Source: an uncultured Candidatus Hydrogenedens sp.
GTDB lineage: Bacteria > Myxococcota > UBA4151
Length of the DNA stretch: 64,000 nt
Assembly: GCA_902574205.1 (NCBI GenBank)
Contig: CACGMS010000001.1
Location: 41,819 to 105,818 of the forward strand
Direction: 5' to 3'
Part shown: positions 8,709-18,191 of the stretch, one piece after another
Layout of the letters: every line of letters begins with the position of its first letter
How positions within the stretch are numbered: the first letter of the stretch is position 1
Notes under the pieces: generated by a model
What the model was told of the DNA's origin: nothing
Database searches by the model: none
Seen by the model: the letters and a program-made list of their open reading frames with translations, nothing else
Translations under genes and position numbers: made by a program

Positions 8709-10110
8709 GTAAATGCGCGAGACGCTCGCTCGCTTCTTGGTGCGCGTCTTTGTAGTCTTCGCTCGCCACAATGCTTGCATGAAAGTTCCCGGCTTCACCG
8801 ATCCACCGCCCGCGTAGCATCATCTGATCGATGGCGGCGGTAGCGTTGGTCATCACCAAGGTCCGGACAGGCTCGGGTGAGGGCCAGGTCGCCGGGTGGT
8901 CAAAATCCCAGACCACCAAGTTCGCTAAATATCCTGGCGCGATCTGACCGACCTTTAATCCGGGATGCAGTGCCCCCGGTGCCGAGGTGATCCAATCAAA
9001 GAGCCGATCCATTTGGCGCGCTGGCGCCGTGCGATCATAGACCGCTACGCGTGCCGCGTTGAGCGCTCGTGCTGAATCAAGCCGACCGGACGCCAGATAC
9101 GTGTCTAAGGCAGGTGACCAGGCCATACCCGCACCCGGTCCACCGGCAATCAATCGCAATTCTTGTTGCAGGTTCATGGTGTCGTTGCAGGCGCCGCAAT
9201 CGGTACCCACCACCACATCGATGGACCGCTCAAGCCATGCGTCAATCGGGGCTGGATAGCTAAACTGTGCCTGGGCATAGGGGCAATGCCCCAAGAACTC
9301 GCGCCCCGGGGTCAAACGATCGATGTCGTCACCGCTGACAAAGAGTCCGTGCACCATCAAAAACGCGGTCGGCCCACCTAAAACGCCGAGCCGGTCGAGA
9401 CGCTCCACCGGAGAGCACCCGTGCTCTTCAAAACTGCGCTCACTCTCCTCGAGGGATTGAGCGAGGTGCGCATGAATCGGTAGCTGATGCTTGATGCGCA
9501 AGTCGCCGACTTGGCGCCAAAGGCCATCGCTGACGGTGTCGGTGGCATGGCAACCGTAGGCGGCGGTAATGCCCAACTCAGCCCAGGCGGCTGAGGTCGC
9601 CAGCGTTTCTGTCGCTTCAAGTTGGGCCTCAAGCTGATTGACGCCTGGACCTGCACGGTCCTGCAGGGTGGGTGCGACCACCGCGGTCAAACCCACATCA
9701 GCGATACCCTGTGCAACATCCAAAGCGTGATAATAATGATCCCAGACCGTGCCCACGCCACCGAGCAGCGACTCGTACGCGCCCATGCGCGAGAAGGCTT
9801 TGGCATCGCCGGCGTCCATGCGGCTTTCCACTGCATAATAAAATTCTTCCACCACATTACCGCGCATGCGGTCGATTTGTCCCATGCCGCGAAACGAACT
9901 CAGCGCCAGATGGGTGTGCGCATTCACGAGCGCCGCAGTGACCACGCGATCGCCAAGGTGATGCACGTCTGGTTCCAGCTTGTCGTCAAAGGGATCGGCT
10001 TGGGTTTGGACAGCCACAAGACGATCGCCGCGCACCTCGATACACGCTGGCTGTACACGAACGCCACCTTCTGATTTGGGCAAGACCACGCGGCGGCTGT
10101 AGATCTTCAT
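8695..10110 (-). CDS. Amidohydrolase-family protein (ATZ/TRZ chlorohydrolase / aminohydrolase-like deaminase)
   Basis: VNAHTHLALSSFRG (metal-binding HxH), IHAHLAQS and VVGTDCGACND are typical of the amidohydrolase superfamily. I prefer Met8 (MKIYSRRVVLP) as the start; the track ORF begins at 10131. It converges on puuE with a 14-bp overlap. Confidence 0.85.
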   Translation of the reverse strand: MKIYSRRVVLPKSEGGVRVQPACIEVRGDRLVAVQTQADPFDDKLEPDVHHLGDRVVTAALVNAHTHLALSSFRGMGQIDRMRGNVVEEFYYAVESRMDAGDAKAFSRMGAYESLLGGVGTVWDHYYHALDVAQGIADVGLTAVVAPTLQDRAGPGVNQLEAQLEATETLATSAAWAELGITAAYGCHATDTVSDGLWRQVGDLRIKHQLPIHAHLAQSLEESERSFEEHGCSPVERLDRLGVLGGPTAFLMVHGLFVSGDDIDRLTPGREFLGHCPYAQAQFSYPAPIDAWLERSIDVVVGTDCGACNDTMNLQQELRLIAGGPGAGMAWSPALDTYLASGRLDSARALNAARVAVYDRTAPARQMDRLFDWITSAPGALHPGLKVGQIAPGYLANLVVWDFDHPATWPSPEPVRTLVMTNATAAIDQMMLRGRWIGEAGNFHASIVASEDYKDAHQEASERLAHLLNRL

Positions 10111-10326
10111 CGTTGACCACCGTTCACCCATTCAAGAGCCATCCAAAACGAGGCTGCTCCGAAAGAAAAGATGCTTCGCACAGACTCGCCTCCTGCTTCT
10201 TCATCGCCGGCGCCGACCTAGCCGGTCAAGGCGACGCGGTTCTAAAGGCTAAAATTCGAAGCAAGTGGGGTGGGCGTCGAGGCGCATTTTCTTTAGCGTG
10301 GCGCCGACTTTAGAGAAAGCACAGCC

Positions 10327-12294
10327 ATGAATCGATTCACTTTGACCGTCACGCTGATCGCTGTGAGCGCATGCACTGCGCCGCAAGCACCTGACCAAGA
10401 GGCTGCCTCCAAAACCGCAGCGGACGTCCAGAAGGGGTACACGGGACATGGCGAGGGATCCATCGCACCTGATGTGCTTGCGCGCTATGCGCCACCCAAA
10501 GTCCCCGCCGCCGAGTTAGCAAAAATCCAAGCCTATTTGGATATCCGGTCGCCCTCAAGTGGTACGGTCAGTGATGACGGTCAAACCCTCTACATGAGCT
10601 GGTCGGTGACGGGCACGCGCCAGATCTGGCGTCTGGACAAGACGCAAGGGTTTCCAGTCCAACTCACGGGCGGACAAGATGCGACGTCTTTGCGCGGGGT
10701 GCTGCCTCATGGGCAAGGCTTGGTGGTCTCTCGAGATCGATCGGGTAGTGAATATTATGGGCTCTACCTACAAGATGTCCAAGGCGGTGCGCTGCGACCG
10801 ATCCGAGTCGAGAAGAAGGTCAAAACCAACCTTCAGTGGATCGATGATGATGGCAAAACCTTGTATTATACAGCCAATAAAACGAAGCCGGCAGATTACC
10901 ACGTCTATCGTTACCACCTCGCCGAAGACCGCCATGAGCTCATCCTCGAAGAGCCGGGCTATTGGTTTATTGCTGACAAGCACGACGACAATTTGTTGAT
11001 GGTTAAAGCCAAAGGGAATACGTCTCGTGCGGTGTATCTTTACGACGGCGCAACACGGAAACTCAGCGCGCTCTTTGGTCAAGATGAAGAGGAGCAATAC
11101 AGCGTCGCCTTTAACCACGAAGGCGACATCCTGACCCTGACCAACAAATTCGATGATTACAAACGACTATACCTCTATAAAGGTGGCAAATTCCAACCGG
11201 TCACCGAGGCGAAGCCCTACGACATCGCGTCGTTCTTTACCGACCGCCAAAAGACACGGATTCACCTTCGGCTGGTTAAAGAAGGACGCTTCTCGTTTGC
11301 CTTTCTGGATCGTCACGGAAAGCCCTTGGACGGCCCTCAGTTTAAGGGCGCAACGCATACGCTCCTGGGAGGCTTGAGCCCAAATGGGCGGTATATGACC
11401 TTAGGGGTGACTTTTCACGACCGCCCGCGCAGCAGCTACGTCTTTGATTGGCAGACCCAAACCTTGGCGCCATGGACGCTGCCTTCATCTCCTGAGGTGG
11501 ATACGCGAGGCTTTACGCGTGATGAACGCATCCACTACCCGGCGGAGGATGGCACCCCGATTCCGATGTTCGTCAAGCGCTCCAAAGCGTGCCAAGACAA
11601 AGTCTGTCCGGTCATCATCCGTTTTCACGGTGGACCTGAGAGTGCCTCGTACCCTGGCTTTAGCCCCTACGACGAGCTGTTCATTCAAGCCGGCTTTGTC
11701 ATCGCCAAACCCAACGTTCGAGGCAGCACCAACCTAGGTAAAGCCTGGCTTCATGCCGACAACCGCGCCAAGCGGCTTGAGGTGATCAGTGATATTCGTG
11801 ATGCCGCTCGCTACGTCAAAAAGGCGTGGGCGAAAGATGGCGTGGAACCCAAAGTGGGGATCGCCGGCGGCAGCTACGGTGGCTACTCGGCGCTGATCGG
11901 CATGACCCTCTTTGCTGGTACCTACGACGCCGGCATGGCGAACGTCGGCATGAGCAATCTGGTCACCTTCTTAGAAAACACAGCACCCTACCGCCGTAAA
12001 CTCAGGGAGTCTGAGTACGGCTACCTCGATAAGGACCTTGAGGCGCTTAAAAAGCTGTCACCCATCACCTACATTGACCAACTCAAAGACCCTTTGTTGT
12101 TGTTTCATGGCGCCAACGACCCTCGTGTTCCAGCCGGTGAGTCTGTGCAAATCGCTCGTCTCTTAGAAGCAAAGAAGATTCCCGTTGAGATGGTCCTATT
12201 TGCTGACGAAGGGCACGGTGTGCGTAAGCGTAAGAACCGAGCAATTAGCCTAGCGACGACGCTTGAGTTCTTCACCAAACACCTCAAGCCCTAG
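10327..12294 (+). CDS. S9 family serine peptidase (prolyl oligopeptidase / acylaminoacyl-peptidase type) lipoprotein
   Basis: The signal plus lipobox is MNRFTLTVTLIAVSAC. The N-terminal half looks like a beta-propeller. The C-terminal alpha/beta hydrolase part has the nucleophile elbow GGSYGGY, a later HGANDPRV and an ADEGHG catalytic His context. Confidence 0.88.
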   Translation: MNRFTLTVTLIAVSACTAPQAPDQEAASKTAADVQKGYTGHGEGSIAPDVLARYAPPKVPAAELAKIQAYLDIRSPSSGTVSDDGQTLYMSWSVTGTRQIWRLDKTQGFPVQLTGGQDATSLRGVLPHGQGLVVSRDRSGSEYYGLYLQDVQGGALRPIRVEKKVKTNLQWIDDDGKTLYYTANKTKPADYHVYRYHLAEDRHELILEEPGYWFIADKHDDNLLMVKAKGNTSRAVYLYDGATRKLSALFGQDEEEQYSVAFNHEGDILTLTNKFDDYKRLYLYKGGKFQPVTEAKPYDIASFFTDRQKTRIHLRLVKEGRFSFAFLDRHGKPLDGPQFKGATHTLLGGLSPNGRYMTLGVTFHDRPRSSYVFDWQTQTLAPWTLPSSPEVDTRGFTRDERIHYPAEDGTPIPMFVKRSKACQDKVCPVIIRFHGGPESASYPGFSPYDELFIQAGFVIAKPNVRGSTNLGKAWLHADNRAKRLEVISDIRDAARYVKKAWAKDGVEPKVGIAGGSYGGYSALIGMTLFAGTYDAGMANVGMSNLVTFLENTAPYRRKLRESEYGYLDKDLEALKKLSPITYIDQLKDPLLLFHGANDPRVPAGESVQIARLLEAKKIPVEMVLFADEGHGVRKRKNRAISLATTLEFFTKHLKP

Positions 12295-12358
12295 TTCATT
12301 GAGAAGGGAGGTCTCAAAGCGTTTGGTTTCGGTTGTTGGGCAGTCGGTCGATGCCTTA

Positions 12359-12388
12359 TTGATAATTGGTTCTCATTACGAGTAAAAT
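12359..12388 (+). promoter_or_regulatory. Candidate sigma70-like promoter for 12439..13248
   Basis: TTGATA (12359-12364), an 18-nt spacer, then TAAAAT (12383-12388), about 50 nt upstream of the ATG. AGGAG lies 6 nt before the start. This is a pattern match only. Confidence 0.35.
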
Positions 12389-12438
12389 TCGCTAGGTGTG
12401 CCGCCGTCTCAACGTTGGGCGTTACCTAGGAGTTACTC

Positions 12439-13248
12439 ATGCTCGCGACTCTTCCTCGCAAACGGTCGGTTCTAAGAACTTGGTCAATGGCAGCTCTGGT
12501 CTGCGCCTTCGCTGTCTTTGGCTGCGCCCCTGCCGAGGCTGATCTGCCTTGCGGTGGTCATGGCGATATGCACGGTGACCATTGCCACTGCGATAGTGGC
12601 TACACGCTTTCTGACGATGGTCAGACGTGTGTCGTGGCGCCAGCTGACAATGGCGGCGATCAAGGCGGAGCGTTCAGTTTCATTCCGCGGAACCCAAGGG
12701 CAGCGACAGGCGATGCACAAGACGGTACGCAGGTCTGGCTCCTTGAGGCGGTCGATGGGGACACGGTGTTGGAGATGTCGATCTACGAAGCCTACGGCGG
12801 ACCGACCTCGCCGACTCAGATTGAGATGACCGAGGCTGAGACCAGTTACTCGACCTGCGGTACCTGTTTGGTTCTAAGAACGGGCTGTATTGCGCACAAC
12901 GGACACTACGATTGCAGACGCGCCTTCATGCCACGCGCCGAAGGAACGATCTTCCTTGACGAGCTCGGAGCGAGTCCTGGAGGCAGTATTTCTGGAGAGA
13001 TGGTCGATCTCGTCTTTCAAGAGGTTCTGATTAGCGACCGAGGCCGAACCAATGTGGTCACCGATGGCACGGTTCTCGACTTTGATCCTTGGGAGTTTGA
13101 TCTTCGACTCGGGTCTCTTGGCAATGGCGGCGGTGGTGGCGCACAAGAGGAGTGCAGCGGTCACGGGCGTTTGCACGGTGATCACTGCGATTGTGACCCC
13201 GGTTATCGCCCCGACCCTCAAAACGCTATGGCTTGCATTCCTATTTGA
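12439..13248 (+). CDS. Lipoprotein with twin His/Cys motifs (C-GHG-x2-HGDHC-x-CD-x-GY) flanking an unknown ~170-aa domain
   Basis: The lipobox is AVFGC. The N-terminal motif is CGGHGDMHGDHCHCDSGYTLSDDGQTC. The C-terminal motif is CSGHGRLHGDHCDCDPGYRPDPQNAMAC. Confidence 0.75.
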   Translation: MLATLPRKRSVLRTWSMAALVCAFAVFGCAPAEADLPCGGHGDMHGDHCHCDSGYTLSDDGQTCVVAPADNGGDQGGAFSFIPRNPRAATGDAQDGTQVWLLEAVDGDTVLEMSIYEAYGGPTSPTQIEMTEAETSYSTCGTCLVLRTGCIAHNGHYDCRRAFMPRAEGTIFLDELGASPGGSISGEMVDLVFQEVLISDRGRTNVVTDGTVLDFDPWEFDLRLGSLGNGGGGGAQEECSGHGRLHGDHCDCDPGYRPDPQNAMACIPI

Positions 13249-13275
13249 TGCGGGTGTGAACGCCCATCCAAACGA

Positions 13276-14487
13276 TTGGGGATGCACGTGGGTTGCTTGG
13301 ATTGGTTGATCATCGGCGGCGGGATTCACGGTGTGCATCTTGCCGCACGACTGCTCGGTGAGGCGGGCGTCGAAGCCGACAGGGTGCGCATTATTGATCC
13401 GGGTCAGCAACTGCTTGAGCGCTGGCGTCACTGCACCGAAACGACCGGTATGACGCATTTACGCTCACCCTCTGTGCACCACCTTGATCTCAACCCGTGG
13501 TCGCTACAACTCAGAGCAGGGCAGCAGGGCGATCGCGACTCTGGCATTTTTGCCGCGCCCAATGATCGCCCAGCTTTGGACTTCTTTAACGACCACTGTG
13601 ATGAGGTCATCGAGATCTTTGGACTTGCTGAACTCCACGTTCGGGCTCGCGCCTTGGCGTGTACGATCGAAGGCGAGCGTGTGCATGTTGAGCTTTCGAA
13701 TGGCGCACAGTTGACCTCACAGAAGGTGGTGCTCGCGCTTGGTTCAAGCGATCAACCCGAATGGCCCGCGTGGGCGCCGAGAAACCAAGCGCGTATTCAT
13801 CATGTCTTCAGCGAGGGCTTTGATGGCTGGCCGCAAGACCCTGAGTCGGTCGGCGTGGTCGGTGGTGGCATTTCTGCCGCTCAAGTGGCGCTGCGGTTAC
13901 TCGATGAAGGGCATCAGGTTCATATGGTGGCTCGCCATGCCCTTCGTGAACATCAATTCGACAGCGATAAAGGCTGGCTTGGTCCAAAATACATGACCGG
14001 CTTTAGCGCCGAAAAAGACGTTAATCGCCGTCGCTCGATCATTACTCAGGCTCGTCATCGAGGTTCAGTGCCGCCAGAGGTTAACCGTCCTCTGATGACG
14101 GCGATCAAAACCGGCGCTCTGCGTTGGCATGAGGGTGGGGTGGAGGCGCTGGATGTTCAAGCCGATCGGGTCGTGATCGACTTGGTCTCGGGCGAATCCA
14201 TCGAGGTTGAGCGTGTGCTGCTTGCTACGGGCTTTGCGACCCTTCGCCCGGGCGGTGAACTGGTCGATGGGCTCATTACCTCGGCGTCCTTAGCGTGCGC
14301 ACAATGTGGCTATCCGATCGTTGATGAGTCGCTCTCGTGGCACCCGCGTGTGTTCGTATCGGGTCCACTGGCTGAGCTTGAATTGGGACCGACTTCGCGC
14401 AACATTCATGGCGCCCGTCGCGCAGGCGATCGAATCGTCAAGGTTGCAAGTGCTGACCTGGTAGCTCGCGCAACTCGAGCTTCATAA
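13276..14487 (+). CDS. FAD/NAD(P)-binding oxidoreductase (two Rossmann motifs)
   Basis: The dinucleotide-binding motifs are DWLIIGGGIHGVHLAARL (GxGxxG) and VGVVGGGISAAQVALRL. The substrate cannot be inferred. Confidence 0.78.
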   Translation: MGMHVGCLDWLIIGGGIHGVHLAARLLGEAGVEADRVRIIDPGQQLLERWRHCTETTGMTHLRSPSVHHLDLNPWSLQLRAGQQGDRDSGIFAAPNDRPALDFFNDHCDEVIEIFGLAELHVRARALACTIEGERVHVELSNGAQLTSQKVVLALGSSDQPEWPAWAPRNQARIHHVFSEGFDGWPQDPESVGVVGGGISAAQVALRLLDEGHQVHMVARHALREHQFDSDKGWLGPKYMTGFSAEKDVNRRRSIITQARHRGSVPPEVNRPLMTAIKTGALRWHEGGVEALDVQADRVVIDLVSGESIEVERVLLATGFATLRPGGELVDGLITSASLACAQCGYPIVDESLSWHPRVFVSGPLAELELGPTSRNIHGARRAGDRIVKVASADLVARATRAS

Positions 14488-14630
14488 GTCGACCAAAGTG
14501 GCCGTTTCGTGAGACACGTTTGGCTTTTCTTGAGATCTAGCCTGAATTTCTAGGCACTGGATTTGGTCCGTCCCGAAAAAGCGTGTAGCCCGACGTTTGA
14601 ACTCGTAACGCGCTGTGCAAGGAGTCTTAG

Positions 14631-15350
14631 ATGAACCGTTTTGTGACTTTATCGATCGTTAGCTTAGCCCTGATCAGCAGCACCGGTTGCGCGACCGTTT
14701 ATGTGCAAAAGTCATCGACGCTCAATAATCTTCCTGAACCGCGCGCTACGCTTTTGGCGGGCTCGATGGTGCGCGTGGGGCGAAGGAATGACCAGCGGCA
14801 AGGCGATCTAGTCGATGCGGTATTGACCGCTTCGATGAGCGCATACCTCGGCGACTTTGGTGTCAGGGTCACTCAAGCGGCGACCAATTTTGTCTCGAAA
14901 CACGGTATGAGGGTCGTTACCGACTCGGTGCGTGCGAGCAAGTTGTCCCAGGCGAACGCTTTGCGCGATGCCGTTGACGCCATCGATACCATGGGTGCCA
15001 TCTGGTACTCGCCAGATGGATCGAACAAAACGCTCAATAGTTCGACACATCTTGTCTTTGGAAAGAAGGCTTTTGTTGAACCTGCCGATGACCTTGAGAC
15101 ACCCAATGAAGCCTTTATGTTCGTGTCTGGACGCATTTATGAACAGACGGGTTGGTTCATTATGAAAAAGCCAATCTTTCATATTGAGATTCGAGTCCTC
15201 GACGAGCAGGGCGAGGACTTAATGCGAGTCAGCGGCATCGGCGAAGGCGCAGCGTCGCCGTTTATTATGGATCGCGAGCTGAAGAACCTTGAGCGTGCTT
15301 TAGACGGTGCTTTGGAGAGTTTGAGCGTCGTCCCCGTTGAGACTTTTTAG
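14631..15350 (+). CDS. Hypothetical lipoprotein
   Basis: MNRFVTLSIVSLALISSTGC is a signal peptide with a lipobox. AAGGAG sits just upstream of the ATG. I recognised no domain. Confidence 0.7.
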   Translation: MNRFVTLSIVSLALISSTGCATVYVQKSSTLNNLPEPRATLLAGSMVRVGRRNDQRQGDLVDAVLTASMSAYLGDFGVRVTQAATNFVSKHGMRVVTDSVRASKLSQANALRDAVDAIDTMGAIWYSPDGSNKTLNSSTHLVFGKKAFVEPADDLETPNEAFMFVSGRIYEQTGWFIMKKPIFHIEIRVLDEQGEDLMRVSGIGEGAASPFIMDRELKNLERALDGALESLSVVPVETF

Positions 15351-15590
15351 GTGCGGCTCGTTCCTTTGTGCACGATGCGGACATTCAGCCGCTGACTGGT
15401 GGATTATGACCTGACACGCTGCGGAAGGTCTTCGAGATCTGTATTCGCCGGAATCACTCAAAGCGAACGGGCCGAAGAGCGCTTCGCATAGTGGGACAAA
15501 CACGGTGCAAGTTGGAATGTCCCCGGGGCAGGTTCCAGGCTTGCAAGGCCCCGGTGAGCCTGTAAAGAGTGTTGGGTACAGGAGTACGTC

Positions 15591-18188
15591 ATGGGTCCTC
15601 GGCTTCTCATTCTCATGGCTTGGATTGCATCATGCAGTCCCAGCTTGCCCACGATACAAGCCGATGAAGCGCGTTGCGGCGATGCCGTGGTGGACACCAA
15701 CGAAGCCTGCGACGACGGCAACGAGGACAATACGGATTCATGTACAGACCGTTGCGAGTTTGCAGCGTGTGGCGATGGTTATGTGCAGAGGGATGAACGC
15801 TGCGATGACGGGAACTTTAACGATCGAGATGGCTGCACTAATGTGTGCGAACCGGCGCGTTGCGGCGACGCGATCTGGCGGCAGGACCTCAACGCTGAGG
15901 CTGAAGGCTTTGAAGCCTGCGATGATGGGAATCTCGAAGAAAGCGACGGCTGCACGACCTTGTGCGCCCCACCACGCTGCGGCGACGGCATCACCCAAAC
16001 CGATGAGGCCTGCGATGATGGCAACACCATCGACAGCGACGCGTGTCGCAACACCTGCGTTGCTGCCACCTGTGGTGATTCCGTCACTCGGGCCGATGTG
16101 GTCGAGGGTGAAGACGGTTACGAGGCTTGCGACGGCGGCGAGAATTGCAGCGAAGATTGTCGTTTGGTGCTTTGCGGAAACGGCATCGCCGAGCCTGGTG
16201 AAGCCTGCGATGACGGCAATACCATCGACACCGACGCCTGCATCGCTTGCGCGTTAGCGCGCTGCGGCGATGGGCACCTTTATGAGGGCGCGGAGGCCTG
16301 TGACGATGGCAACCTAGATCCGGGCGACTCCTGCAGCGTCGATTGCCGAATCGACGACCATGGCAACACGTTCGACACCGCCACCCCGCTTGCCCTGGTC
16401 AATGGCACCAGCCGCGGCGTGTTCACACCCATCGTCAACGCTCAGATTAACCCGAGCGACGACATCGACCTCTTCGTTTTGACTGCGCCCAGCACGGGGG
16501 TCTATCGCTTCACCACGACGCGCCCTGTAGACGATCCCAGAGGCGACCCGGTTTGCCGCGTGTTCGACGCAGCCTTCAATCTTGCAGGGTTCATGGACGA
16601 TCTTTCTCTGGCTCAGACCCCCAATGATCTGCCCAGCAACTTCGATTGTTCTGTGGAATTGCGTCTGCAGGAAGGACAGCGCGGCTTCTTTGAAGTCGGC
16701 TCCTTTGGCTCGCGCAACGTTGCCTACAACGTTGAAGTGCAAACGCCCTGCGGCAATGGCGTGCTCGATCCGGGCGAGGAATGCGATCCTCAATCGCCGC
16801 AATACAATCCTTTTCGCTGCCGCACGGATTGCCGACTTAGACGCTTGATTTCCCTCGCCGGGAGCACGGGTTGTGCGGTGGTTGATGGCGCCGTTAAGTG
16901 TTGGGGCAGTAATTCAAGTTATTTGCTTGGCGAGAACCCTGAGCGTCACATCACGTGCGCCAAAGACGGGCACGACAGGACGGGGCGGCGATTAGGTAGC
17001 TACAATGTCGATGTGGTCCGATTTCCCGTTGAAGTGATTCCTGCGTCCGAGCGGGTCAAGGACCTCACAAGCTCGGGTCTCGAACAGGTCTGTGCGCTTT
17101 CCGGTGTGACCAATCTGCCACTGTGCTGGGGGCGTCTTCTGGTGGAGAATCTCGGCGGTGGTAGTATATCCGAGGAGGGCCTGAGGCAGTGTCAAGATGA
17201 TGAGCCGCCGCGATGGGAGGGCATCATCCGAGGTGCCTGTCACCCGGAGCCTGTCGTTATGGGTGACTTATACCACAACATCGACTGGGAAGAATCAAGC
17301 GTCCTGGATCGACTGATCGGCATCACGGTGGGCACGAACTCTAAGTGCTTAATCAGCCGGGGCGGTCACGTCTATTGTTCGGGCTATATGCGCTTTGGTT
17401 TGCAAGGCGACCAAATAAGCATGGAGCGACAGATCGCCTCCCAATCGGACTACAACCATTGGCCAGCTCCGTCCTTAGCACGTGAAGCGGTCATGCCCGC
17501 GAACGAAATGGCTGAATATGTTGCGCTTGGGGAATGGTCGGCCTGTGCCCTCCTGGGCGCCAGTCAGCGCCTGGCCTGTTGGGGGAAGAATAACTATGGT
17601 CAAACGGGCTCGGGACGCAGCACCACCGTAGAGGGATGCGAGGGTGTCCCTTGCGAGCCCACCCCGGTCTTGGTCGATGGCGATCTCGGTGAAGTGGTGA
17701 GCTTGAGCGTCGGCCAAAGCCATGGTTGCGCCGTCAATGGTGTGGGTCACGCCTTTTGTTGGGGTTTGAATGCCCACGGTCAAACGGGTAGTCCTTCTGA
17801 CGAGTCCGCGTGCGATGACCTCGGTTGTGTGCGTCGTCCGACTCGGGTTGCAGGCCTTGAGGGCGTGATCGATATCGTCGCGGGTACGCGCCATAGTTGC
17901 GCCCTGACGCAGAACGGCGGTGTCTGGTGTTGGGGCGACAACGCGCTCGGTCAGCTGGGCATGGGGGTACTCGGGGGTGAAGGGCGTGGTCAGCCGGATT
18001 TCCGCGTGGAACCGGTCCGGGTTGGACGCTTAGGCCGTATGGTGGGTTTGGCGGCGGGGCCTGAAAGCAACTGTGCTCGTGCCGCTGACGGCAACATCTT
18101 TTGTTGGGGCGCCAACGGCACGGGACAATTGGGCACCGGTGAATGCACCGAAGCGGAACCCTTTCCCCTTGCCGTCGACCTTCGGTAA
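15591..18188 (+). CDS. Cys-rich repeat / PPC-like / RCC1 beta-propeller lipoprotein (tandem paralog A)
   Basis: The lipobox is IASC. About 7 CGDG/CDDGN units are followed by DDHGNTFDTATPLAL...DIDLFVL, which looks like a pre-peptidase C-terminal domain. A degenerate unit [14 protein letters not shown] follows. The C-terminus has ~7 RCC1-type blades (CWGSN, CWGKNNYGQTGSG, CWGLNAHGQTG, CWGDNALGQLG, CWGANGTGQLG). Confidence 0.88.
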   Translation: MGPRLLILMAWIASCSPSLPTIQADEARCGDAVVDTNEACDDGNEDNTDSCTDRCEFAACGDGYVQRDERCDDGNFNDRDGCTNVCEPARCGDAIWRQDLNAEAEGFEACDDGNLEESDGCTTLCAPPRCGDGITQTDEACDDGNTIDSDACRNTCVAATCGDSVTRADVVEGEDGYEACDGGENCSEDCRLVLCGNGIAEPGEACDDGNTIDTDACIACALARCGDGHLYEGAEACDDGNLDPGDSCSVDCRIDDHGNTFDTATPLALVNGTSRGVFTPIVNAQINPSDDIDLFVLTAPSTGVYRFTTTRPVDDPRGDPVCRVFDAAFNLAGFMDDLSLAQTPNDLPSNFDCSVELRLQEGQRGFFEVGSFGSRNVAYNVEVQTPCGNGVLDPGEECDPQSPQYNPFRCRTDCRLRRLISLAGSTGCAVVDGAVKCWGSNSSYLLGENPERHITCAKDGHDRTGRRLGSYNVDVVRFPVEVIPASERVKDLTSSGLEQVCALSGVTNLPLCWGRLLVENLGGGSISEEGLRQCQDDEPPRWEGIIRGACHPEPVVMGDLYHNIDWEESSVLDRLIGITVGTNSKCLISRGGHVYCSGYMRFGLQGDQISMERQIASQSDYNHWPAPSLAREAVMPANEMAEYVALGEWSACALLGASQRLACWGKNNYGQTGSGRSTTVEGCEGVPCEPTPVLVDGDLGEVVSLSVGQSHGCAVNGVGHAFCWGLNAHGQTGSPSDESACDDLGCVRRPTRVAGLEGVIDIVAGTRHSCALTQNGGVWCWGDNALGQLGMGVLGGEGRGQPDFRVEPVRVGRLGRMVGLAAGPESNCARAADGNIFCWGANGTGQLGTGECTEAEPFPLAVDLR

Positions 18189-18191
18189 ACG

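Noticed and set aside
12874-13458. A 194-aa minus-strand ORF bridging two + strand genes.
   Set aside because: It overlaps the C-terminus of the His/Cys-motif lipoprotein and the Rossmann N-terminus of the oxidoreductase. It has no motifs of its own.
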